A stretch of DNA of 45,430 bases from a virus (lineage: Duplodnaviria > Heunggongvirae > Uroviricota > Caudoviricetes). How positions within the stretch are numbered: position 1 is the stretch's first letter; each line of letters starts with the position of its first letter. Below the pieces are notes generated by a model. That model did not search any database. It saw only the letters and a list, made by a program, of their open reading frames with translations, and was not told where the DNA came from. The position numbers were made by a program, and so were the translations under genes. Of this stretch, positions 14,678 to 23,100 are shown in pieces. Location of the stretch: the IMG/VR virus record IMGVR_UViG_2920292642_000002, positions 83,431 to 128,860 of that record, one strand, 5' to 3'.

Positions 14678-15419
14678 AGCTGACAAGGAAGCGAGACGCC
14701 CCAAGCCGTTGGAGGCGAGAAACCTTCGGCAGAAGGAACTCATTCAGCAGCTTAACGCATTCCCGGTCGTCATTGCCTTGGGGCCGGCCGGCTCGGGAAA
14801 GACTTACGTAGGGGCGCGTCACGCCCTCGATCGACTGCTCCGCAAGACGATCGACCGGATCATCATCGCGAGACCTTCTGTGTCGGCTGCGCGGCACAGA
14901 ATGGGCTTCCTCCCCGGCGACGGGGACAAGAAGATGAAGCCTTGGCTTGTCCCGATCGTCGACGCCTTCAAGGAGGGAACCTCCGGAGCCGAGGTCGACA
15001 GGTTGACAGCCACGAAGCAGATCGAGGTCCTACCGTTCGAGCATATGCGTGGACGCACCGTCAAAGACGGCGTCTTCCTCCTCGATGAGGCGCAGAACTG
15101 TACGCTGGCCGATCTGGAAATGTTCCTGACCAGAATCGGCGACAATGCGCAGGCGATCATCTGCGGCGATCCCGACCAGTCCGACATCGGTCGCGACAGC
15201 GGCTTGCGAACCATCGCCGAGATGGTTTCCCGACACGGTCTGAACGCAGGCATCACTTTTTTCCGAGAGGAAGATGTGGTGCGCTCCGCGACGGCCAAGG
15301 AGTGGGTCATGGCGTTCGCGGCAGAGCGTTCTCACCTGAGCCCCGGTCCTGATTTTTCGGGCGATTGGCGTCCAGCGTTTCTGGACAAGGGAGTGGAAAA
15401 TGGTCGACCTTGTGGTTGA
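14607..15419 (+). CDS. phoH: PhoH-family ATPase
   Basis: Walker A GPAGSGKT; IIIARP; GFLPG; EHMRGRT; LLDEAQN; TRIG; GDPDQSD. Confidence 0.93.
   Translation: MELSDVFEAESPPTSKPSKREQRKADKEARRPKPLEARNLRQKELIQQLNAFPVVIALGPAGSGKTYVGARHALDRLLRKTIDRIIIARPSVSAARHRMGFLPGDGDKKMKPWLVPIVDAFKEGTSGAEVDRLTATKQIEVLPFEHMRGRTVKDGVFLLDEAQNCTLADLEMFLTRIGDNAQAIICGDPDQSDIGRDSGLRTIAEMVSRHGLNAGITFFREEDVVRSATAKEWVMAFAAERSHLSPGPDFSGDWRPAFLDKGVENGRPCG
15370..15386. promoter_or_regulatory. palindrome GTCCAG-N5-CTGGAC abutting the SD of the head-tail adaptor gene
   Basis: GTCCAG CGTTT CTGGAC immediately followed by AAGGGAG and the ATG at 15400. Confidence 0.65.
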
Positions 15420-15912
15420 GGATGGCAGCATCGTAGCCGGCGCGAACACCTATGTGGATGTTCCGTGGGCTGATGCGTATCTCGCAATCGACCCTCATGC
15501 CGGCCCGATCTGGGCCGGCTTCGACGACGAGCGCAAGACCATGCTGCTCGCCTACGCGACGCGCTGGATCGACGAGAACGTCATCTGGTACGGCCGCAAG
15601 GTCGAGAAGGACCAGCCGCTCGCGTGGCCGCGCCACGGCATGCACGACGGCGAATATCCCGTCGCCTCCACCATCATCCCGGAAGCGCTCAAGCGCGCGG
15701 TGGCGCTCGCCGCCGTGTTCCTGCATCAGGAAAACCCGACCGAACTCGCCGAGGCGGTCGGCATCAAGCGCTTCCGCAACGATACGATCGAGATCGAGTT
15801 TCAGGACGGAGTCACCCAGAAGGCGACGCCGGACTGGTTGTCGCGCCTTCTGCGGGTCTTCGGCACCGGGCCGGGCGATCGCGGATTCAAGCCGATCACG
15901 CGGGTGCGCTGA
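15400..15912 (+). CDS. head-tail adaptor ('DnaT-like' phage family)
   Basis: LVVEDGS...ANTYV....ADAY...L..AT..ID...G.K....Q.LAWPR...IP..LK.A. Confidence 0.8.
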   Translation: MVDLVVEDGSIVAGANTYVDVPWADAYLAIDPHAGPIWAGFDDERKTMLLAYATRWIDENVIWYGRKVEKDQPLAWPRHGMHDGEYPVASTIIPEALKRAVALAAVFLHQENPTELAEAVGIKRFRNDTIEIEFQDGVTQKATPDWLSRLLRVFGTGPGDRGFKPITRVR

Positions 15913-16289
15913 TGAATCTCGGCAGCCTCGCAAAGGTCCTGATGCGAAAGACGGTGGCGCTCTCCGGCGATGCGGCCAAGGACGTGTCCTTGGTCCTCAT
16001 TACCGGGACAGCCTACGATGTCGCGACCGGCGAACCGGTCACCACTGTCGAGATCGTGCCCCTCGGCAAAGCGCTCTTCGGCGCGATCAGCGAGGCGGAG
16101 TCTGCCAAGTACAAGGTCGCCGCCACCAGCCACAAGGCCGTCATTCCCATGCTAAACTGGCAGGCGAGCGGCGCGCGCATGCTAGAGACCTCGGATCGTA
16201 TCCTTGTTGGTGCTGACGAATGGCTGGTCGAGAAGGCGGTCATGGACTCCGTCGAAGCCTCACTCATCGTCTTCATGTGCAGGCCCTGA
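15912..16289 (+). CDS. head closure/stopper protein
   Basis: Position in the module; AYDVATGE motif; TGATG coupling. Confidence 0.6.
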   Translation: MNLGSLAKVLMRKTVALSGDAAKDVSLVLITGTAYDVATGEPVTTVEIVPLGKALFGAISEAESAKYKVAATSHKAVIPMLNWQASGARMLETSDRILVGADEWLVEKAVMDSVEASLIVFMCRP

Positions 16290-16290
16290 C

Positions 16291-16728
16291 ATGTACACGT
16301 CCAACATCGACGAGATCATCGCACGCCTGTCCAACGTTCCGGCCGACATCGAGAAGCGTGTCTCCCGGATCGTTATGAAGGTGGTGCACGAGATCGACAT
16401 GCGCATCCATCCGAAGACGCCGGTCTGGTCTGGCGCGGCCGTGCGCAACATGATCTGGACGAGGGGCAAGCCAAACCAGACGGAGTTCGATCCGGTCGGC
16501 TCGGACGGAACCGGTGAGCAGAACCGCGCCGCGAACACCGCTGCCGCGCGACAGAGCTTGCATGCTTTGACATTCGACAAACCCTTCGCGGTCTACTATC
16601 TCACCAACAACGCCAAGCACATCCGTGGACTGGAGGCGGGCCTTCTGCCCTATCCGGGCAAGCATCCCGTCGATGGTATGTTCGGCATGACCTATGCAGA
16701 GGTCGTGGCAAAGCTCGGGAGCCTCTGA
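16291..16728 (+). CDS. neck/tail-completion protein (HK97 gp10-like)
   Basis: KTPVWSGAAVRNM...YLTNNAKHIRGLEAG...GMFG. Confidence 0.7.
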   Translation: MYTSNIDEIIARLSNVPADIEKRVSRIVMKVVHEIDMRIHPKTPVWSGAAVRNMIWTRGKPNQTEFDPVGSDGTGEQNRAANTAAARQSLHALTFDKPFAVYYLTNNAKHIRGLEAGLLPYPGKHPVDGMFGMTYAEVVAKLGSL

Positions 16729-17174
16729 TGAACGTCGACATCCTTGATCACGACCACTTCCGCCAGCTTGTCGAGGACAAGGTTCTCGGTGCCGTGCAAC
16801 AGCATGCGTCGGAATATCCTGTCCAGATCAGCAACAACCCGTTCAAGCAGCCGAAGGACAGTAAGTGGGTCTCGCTGGTGATCAAGAGTGGTGAGAGCGT
16901 GACGCGCTCGCTCGGCAAGAAGTTCATCGAGCGCACGCCGGGCTTCGTCCAGATCGACATCATGCACCCGGCCGAGACCGGCCACGCCGCGCCGAAGAAG
17001 CTCGCTCACAAGCTCGCCGCGTCGCTCTACCCGAACAAGTTCGCCTACGCCACGGTCACACAGGCGAATTTCTGGAAGAAGCTGGTCGACGAAGCTCCGA
17101 CCACTGGTTCCTACTTCCGGATCATGGCGCGGGTGTTCTTCTGGTACGATGGATTTGTCGAACGCCAGTCTTGA
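16728..17174 (+). CDS. tail terminator protein
   Basis: Immediately upstream of the tail tube; NNPFKQP...WV....R..GFVQIDI pattern. Confidence 0.7.
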   Translation: MNVDILDHDHFRQLVEDKVLGAVQQHASEYPVQISNNPFKQPKDSKWVSLVIKSGESVTRSLGKKFIERTPGFVQIDIMHPAETGHAAPKKLAHKLAASLYPNKFAYATVTQANFWKKLVDEAPTTGSYFRIMARVFFWYDGFVERQS

Positions 17175-17199
17175 GGCGCTGCAATGTTTTGAGCCGTTT

Positions 17200-17240
17200 G
17201 TCAAGAATTTCTTGACGCCTTAGCCTGCTTTATCTATCAT
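17200..17240 (+). promoter_or_regulatory. palindrome plus sigma70-type promoter for the tail tube gene
   Basis: GTCAAG AATTT CTTGAC; TTGACG-N17-TATCAT. Confidence 0.8.
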
Positions 17241-17303
17241 TCGCCTACACAGGATGAGTGGGACTCGTCCTTACCAATCCCATTCGTTCTGTAGGAGAAT
17301 GCC

Positions 17304-19139
17304 ATGGCGGGCACTTTCGCCGATTCCAATCGCGCGTCCCTTCGTTACATCGCTGAAGACTCTGCTGCATGGGGCGTGACGCCGGCCAACGGATCGCCGC
17401 GCGAAATGCGCATCACCGGGTCGCAGCTTGCACCGCAGAAGGAGACGCGGACTTCCGACGAGCTTCGTTCGGACCGCATGGTGCCGTCGATCGCCGAGGT
17501 CGGCGCGAGCGCCGAAGGCGAGATCAACTTCGAACTGTCGGCCGGCGCTATCGACGACTTCCTCGCGGCCTTCGTGTACGGCCTGTGGAGCCGTCCGATG
17601 ACCTTCGACATGTTCAAGGGCAAGGCGGTCTCGATCAAGGCAGCCGACCAGATCACCATCGGGGGCGATGTTCAGCCCTACCTCACGGTTGGCCGGACCA
17701 TCAAGACCGAAGGCTTCCTCAACCCTGCCAACAACACCTACGCGTCCATCTCGGCCGTGGCCTACGCTGGCGGCGTCACCACCATCACCGTGACCAGCGC
17801 TGCCTTCGTCGCGGAGGCCGGAAACGACTTCTGCCGCGTCCTCGACGCCAATGACGTTCTGGTCCTCAAGGATACGAACATTCGTTTCGGCACGGACGGC
17901 GCGTCGACGATCGATTCCAACGCCAACAACGCCTTTGCTGCCGCGATTGCAGCGGGCCAGTTGAAGATCGGTCAGAAGATTCACGTCGACGGCCTCGGCT
18001 TCGAGACCGGCTCGGTCACCATCACCGGGGTTCCGGGTGCCGGCACCAACGTCGTCGTCTCGGACGGTGTCAATCAGAAGACCTTCCAGTGGGGCGGTGT
18101 CGTCCCGGCCGGTGTGGTCGCCATGGCTGCCGGCGCTGATGCTACCGAGGCCGGCGACAACCTCGTCGCGGCCATCATGGATCAGGTCTCGCGCGGCAAT
18201 CTTGCGCTCAAGGCAGTGAACGCGGTCGGTGTCGTCACGATTACCAACCTCGAAGAGACTTCCGGTGGCGCGATCGTCAAGGGCGCTGACCCGTCCAATG
18301 CTGTCGCCGTCGCCAACTTCGCAGGCGCGGTCAACTCGATCCGTGGAATCTTCACCATCACGTCGGTTTCCGACGACGTGCTTGGCGTCAGCCCGGCTCC
18401 GGCGACCAACGACAACGTCGGCGGCGCGACCATCACCGTCAAGGGCTCGATGCTGCGCAACCCGTCGAACGTCAACGACTTCATTCGCCAGTCCTTCACT
18501 GTCGAAACTTCGTTCGAGGACGTGAATCAGCACTTCGTCGCGACCGGCCTGCGCGTCGGCACCTTCGAACTGAGCATGGAATCCGGCGAAATCTCGACCG
18601 GCTCGATCTCGATGATGGGTCGTGCCATGGAACGTCGCAAGACGCAGACCTCGCTTCTGCGCAATGCGCCGTACACGCCGAAGGACGCGCCGGCCCACGA
18701 TGTCATGAACGCGACCTCGAACGTCGGCAATCTGGCGATTGACGGCGTGGCGGGTGCTGCCTTCCTCCAGTCGATCTCGATTTCCGGCGACGCTTCGCTG
18801 CGTGAGCAGCGCGCGGTCGGCAACAAGTACGCCGTTGGTATCGGCGTCGGTCGCTTCCAGTTGACCGGCTCGTTCTCGGCCTACTTCGAGACCGGTGAAC
18901 TGTTCGACAAGTTCGTCGATCACGACACGATCAGCCTGTCGTTCTTCTACCACGACAACCAGCGCAACCGCTACGACTTCACGATCCCTGCGATCAAGCT
19001 GACGGCGGACCCGGTTGCTCCGGAAGGCATCGATCAGGACGTGATCGAGGCGATCGAGTGGGAAGCTCAGCGCGACCCGGCGACCGCCTGCATGATCCAG
19101 ATCGACCGCTTCTCGTCGACCATGCCAGCAATGGCTTGA
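17304..19139 (+). CDS. major tail tube protein with inserted domains
   Basis: SNRASLRYIAE...WGVTP...MRITG..L......SDELRSDR...G.INFELS; C-terminal GRFQLTG..SAYF; 611 aa; GGAG SD. Confidence 0.85.
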   Translation: MAGTFADSNRASLRYIAEDSAAWGVTPANGSPREMRITGSQLAPQKETRTSDELRSDRMVPSIAEVGASAEGEINFELSAGAIDDFLAAFVYGLWSRPMTFDMFKGKAVSIKAADQITIGGDVQPYLTVGRTIKTEGFLNPANNTYASISAVAYAGGVTTITVTSAAFVAEAGNDFCRVLDANDVLVLKDTNIRFGTDGASTIDSNANNAFAAAIAAGQLKIGQKIHVDGLGFETGSVTITGVPGAGTNVVVSDGVNQKTFQWGGVVPAGVVAMAAGADATEAGDNLVAAIMDQVSRGNLALKAVNAVGVVTITNLEETSGGAIVKGADPSNAVAVANFAGAVNSIRGIFTITSVSDDVLGVSPAPATNDNVGGATITVKGSMLRNPSNVNDFIRQSFTVETSFEDVNQHFVATGLRVGTFELSMESGEISTGSISMMGRAMERRKTQTSLLRNAPYTPKDAPAHDVMNATSNVGNLAIDGVAGAAFLQSISISGDASLREQRAVGNKYAVGIGVGRFQLTGSFSAYFETGELFDKFVDHDTISLSFFYHDNQRNRYDFTIPAIKLTADPVAPEGIDQDVIEAIEWEAQRDPATACMIQIDRFSSTMPAMA

Positions 19140-19146
19140 TCTGGTT

Positions 19147-19163
19147 GTCCAGATTTTCTGGAC
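19147..19163. promoter_or_regulatory. palindrome GTCCAG-N5-CTGGAC after the tail tube gene
   Basis: TGTCCAG ATTTT CTGGACATCC; matches 11551-11572 at 20 of 22 nt. Confidence 0.7.
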
Positions 19164-19176
19164 ATCCAGTACATAA

Positions 19177-19268
19177 AGGAGCCCGACATACTCCTGCGCT
19201 TTTGCGCGCGCGAAACGGGGCCGGACTTTGTCGGGAGGTCCGGCCCCACCCCATCCCGAACCCCGACA
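19177..19268 (+). ncRNA. candidate cis-acting structured RNA (kissing loop/pseudoknot)
   Basis: Hairpin loop CCCGACA (19182-88) is complementary to hairpin loop TGTCGGG (19229-35); a second CCCGACA sits at 19262-68. Confidence 0.5.
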
Positions 19269-19276
19269 GGTGAAAT

Positions 19277-19711
19277 ATGGCACGTTTTTCTGACAACTAT
19301 TCCCACGACAAGACCGCAGCGGAAGAGGGCACTTGGGCTCCGATCGGCGGCGGCATCGAAGTCAAGGTCCGCTCGTTCGAGTCCGCTCACACCCGCGCCC
19401 TCCGCAAGAAGCTGAATGAGCCCTATGCGGCGCTGCTGCGCCTCGGCAAGGACATTCCCGAGGACGACCAGAACGAAATCTTCATCAAGCTGATTTCGCA
19501 CTCCTCGATGATCGACTGGAACCTCACCGAGGGGACCGGCGAGAAGGATGCCAACGGCAAGGAGATCGAGCGTCCGATCCCGTTCTCGGCCGAGATCGCC
19601 GAGAAGTACCTGCGCGACGAGCCGCAGTTCCTTCGTGACGTGATCACGGTCCTGACCTCCACCGAGACGTTCAAGAAGCGCGCTCGGGAACTCGACGCAA
19701 AAAACTTCTAA
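19277..19711 (+). CDS. tail assembly chaperone (gpG-like)
   Basis: Between the tail tube and tape measure genes; EEGTW..IGGG...KVRS. Confidence 0.8.
   Translation: MARFSDNYSHDKTAAEEGTWAPIGGGIEVKVRSFESAHTRALRKKLNEPYAALLRLGKDIPEDDQNEIFIKLISHSSMIDWNLTEGTGEKDANGKEIERPIPFSAEIAEKYLRDEPQFLRDVITVLTSTETFKKRARELDAKNF
19699..19705 (+). other. -1 programmed frameshift slippery heptamer A AAA AAC
   Basis: X XXY YYZ in the last codons of the chaperone; -1 frame open to 20130; stem ACTGGCT/AGCCAGT begins 7 nt downstream. Confidence 0.8.
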
Positions 19712-20130
19712 ACTGGCTGGCTCGGAGTTTCCACCAGCCGGAAGCCAGTAAAAAGGCTAAGAACCGGAAGTGGATCAACGAGCTACGCCAGAAACAAGGC
19801 AAGCCCCCACTTCCCTCTAATGAGCCGGAACAGGTGGATGAGCAGGAGTTTCTTCCTGCTCATCTGCACCCGATTTGGACCGCATTTACGGTCCTGTCCC
19901 GAAGTCGAAACGTCAACCAGATCGGCCCGCAGCCGATCCAGATTGGCGAGGTCCGCCACTACTGCGACCTCGACGGCGTGATCGACGAAGAAGACCGCCG
20001 CGAACTCCTCTTCCACGTCATGGAACTCGATGCCGAGTGGATGACCCGGAAGTACGCCGAGATCGAGACGGAGCGGGACAAACTCAAAAAGCAAGCTGAG
20101 AAGAACGGTACGAGGGGCCGTCGTCGATGA
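19705..20130 (+). CDS. frameshift extension of the tail chaperone (gpGT-like, about 284 aa in total)
   Basis: The -1 frame from CTT at 19705 runs without a stop into ORF 19834-20130 (IWTAF..LSRSR...GPQPI...EV..Y..LDG). Confidence 0.75.
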   Translation, partial: LLNWLARSFHQPEASKKAKNRKWINELRQKQGKPPLPSNEPEQVDEQEFLPAHLHPIWTAFTVLSRSRNVNQIGPQPIQIGEVRHYCDLDGVIDEEDRRELLFHVMELDAEWMTRKYAEIETERDKLKKQAEKNGTRGRRR

Positions 20131-23100
20131 GCGACAACTACAACATCAAGATTGGCGTCGACTCGCGCTCCGGCGCGCGCGGTGTCAAGCAATTCTCGTC
20201 GGCCCTCGGCGAAGCACTCCGTACGCTGCGCGAGTTCGACAAGCGCTCGCGCAGCGCCTTCGACGGTCTGAAGAAGCTCGCCTCCGTCAACATCCCAGAC
20301 ATCGCCAAGAAGACGAAAGCCGTCCAGAAGGCGATCGAGACGCTGAATCGCGTCCAGATCAATCGCCGGATGATCAACGATCTCCAGCGCCTCCAGAACG
20401 CGCTCGCCGGCTTCCGCTTCAACGCCAAGGCGATCTCGAAGGTGCCTGAGGCCCTGCGCGGACTGTCGAACCTGAAGATCGACACGTCCTTCGTCTCCAC
20501 TCTCAACCAGATCAAGGCAGCACTCAAGGGCTTCCGTGGCCCTCCGAAGGCGCTTGCGCAGTGGGCTGGCGCGTTCACTCCGTTCGCCAAGGTCAAGATC
20601 GATTCGACGCTCGCGCCGCGTCTGACCGCACTCAAGGCGGCGCTCAAGGGCTTCCCCGGCCTTCCCAAGGGGCTTGTAAACCTCCCGACATTCCTCCGTG
20701 GCATTTCCCGCAACCGAATCCCGCCTTCGGTGGCGCAGGGCATCGCGTCCCTGAAGACAGCACTCGCCGGCTTTGCCGGGCCGTCCGCTGCCGCAACCCG
20801 TAATCTGTCCGCCCTCGTCGCCGCTTTGGCTCGGGTCAGCCCCGGTCATCTCGCGCAGGTGGCGGCGGCGCTCGCGCGCCTCAACGGCCTGAACATCAAT
20901 GTCCGTGGCCTCGGCTCGATGAACAACGCCGCGCAGCGCGGCGCGGGCATCTGGACCAACATGGGCAATTCGATCCGGAACACGACCAACGCGTTCCGTG
21001 GTCTCAACAATCAAATCTCGCTGACCCATCACGCGTCGACGCTGCTCGCGACCGCGCTCGGATCAGTGTCGCTCGGCACCTTCGTCAACAGCGTCTACGA
21101 GGCCGGTAGCGCCCTCATCAACCTGAAGCGCACGATGGGTGCGATCGCCGGGACGCCGACCGAGGTCAACGACCATCTTTCCTTCCTGAAGGACCTCACC
21201 AACGAGCTTCCCGTCTCGCTGGACGCTGTCGCTCGCTCGTACGGTAAGTTTGCTGTCGCCGCGCGCCTGTCCGGTACGTCGGTCGCGGATACCCAGAAGG
21301 TCTACAAGGGCTTTGCGACCGCGCTGTCGGCCATGGGTGTCTCCGCCGACAACCAGAAGTACGCCTTCCTCGCCTTGGAGCAGATGTTCTCCAAGGGAAC
21401 CATCCAGATGGAAGAACTCCGCGTTCAGTTGGGTGACCACATCCCCGGCGTGGTGCCGATGCTGGCCGAGGCTCTGGATGTCTCGACCTCGAAGCTCCTG
21501 AAGATGATCGAGGCCGGTGAAGTTGGTTCGGACGCACTGATCAAGCTCGCCGAAGTCATGCAGAGCCGGTTCGGTCCGGCCGTTGCGGCGGCAATGAACA
21601 CGTCCGCAGCCCAGATCACATCGCTCCAGAACGCGTGGACCGAGTTCAAGCGTATCCTCTTCGACAGCGGCTTCAACGCTGGCCTCGGCGCGATGGCGCG
21701 TCAGTTCGCGGAAATTCTCCGATCGGATGACTTCAAGAAGTTCGCGGCCGACCTCGGCCGGGCGATGGGCGAGGCATTCAAGCTGATCGGCGCGCTCGGC
21801 AAGGTCCTTGCCGACAACCGCGACAAGGTCATCACGTTCGCCAAGGCGCTCGCAGGCGTCATGGTCGCCTATTCGATCGTCGGTGTTCTCCGTCTGTTGG
21901 TGGCCCCGCTGTCGGTGGTCGGCGGACTGTTCTCGTTTGCCGCGACCGCCGTGCGCCTGTTTGGCGGCGCACTCGCCCTGCTCGCGGGTGGTAAGGCGGT
22001 TGCCGCCGTTGCCAACATCGCCAAGTCGATCGGCGTCCTGACCGGTAAGGTCATGGCAGCGGTCGCCGCCTTTGGCTTGCTGGCGATCCTGTCCAACGAA
22101 ATCCTTGGCGACGGTAAGTTGGCCGCAAGCTTCGGCAACATGCTCGACGCCTTTGGCAAGCGCGTCGGCAAGATGATCGGCGAGATGACGGGCGGCGTCA
22201 CGGAGATGTTCGATCTCTCCGGCGTCGACGGCTTCAGCGAGTACATGAAGGAGGCGGACGAATACGCCAAGAAGATTCAGGACGCCAACCAGATCAACGC
22301 GGAAAGCATCGAGAAGAATGCCGAGCGTTACGCCAAGCTCGAAGAGCAGAAGAAGCGCGCACTTACCACCGAACAGCAGAAGCTGTGGGACGAAATCAAC
22401 GCGATCGGTAAGGCGAACGAGGAATATCAGAAGCAGTTGCTGCTCATCGACGAGATCGCGAAGAAGCGTGGTTTCGACCCGAAGAGTGCCGAGGTTGATC
22501 GGTGGCGCAAGATGCTCGCCGAGAACACGCTGGACGACCGCAACCCGGCCGGCGCGATGGCGCGCGACTACCGGCAGGAACTGGCCATGATGAAGGCCAA
22601 GACCGCCGAGCAGAAGGCCTTGGCGTCGGCGCAGGAGGATTACAACGAACTCCTGAAGAAGGGCCAGGATGTCGGCAAGGAGGGGCTGGAGGCCCTTCGC
22701 CAGTACCATGAGGGTATCGCCCGCATGAACGGTGAGATCGGCAACGGCGTCGAGCGCTGGGCCGCGTCCGTTGGCGACTTCAACGATCAGGTTCAGGAAG
22801 CAATCAAGGACGGCATCAGCAGCCTTTCCGACGAGATCACCAACTTCGTCACCGGAGCCGAGGCGGATTTCGCCAGCCTCGGCCGCTCGATCCTGAAGAC
22901 CTTCGTCAAGATCAGTCTCGACTCGATGCTGAAGGACATCGCTGGCTGGATGGGTATGGACGGCGAGAAGAAGGGCGCGTCCATGGCCGAGAAGGCGATG
23001 GAAAAGCTCGCCGGCATTGGTGAGAACATCACCACGGCGATGACCAACGTCTACACCAACGGTCTGACCATAAATGGCGAGCCGGTGACCGGCGCTGGTG

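Noticed and set aside
17271-19283. 670-aa minus-strand ORF opposite the tail tube gene
   Set aside because: Antisense shadow with the low-complexity R/D/V/G composition expected from the reverse frame.
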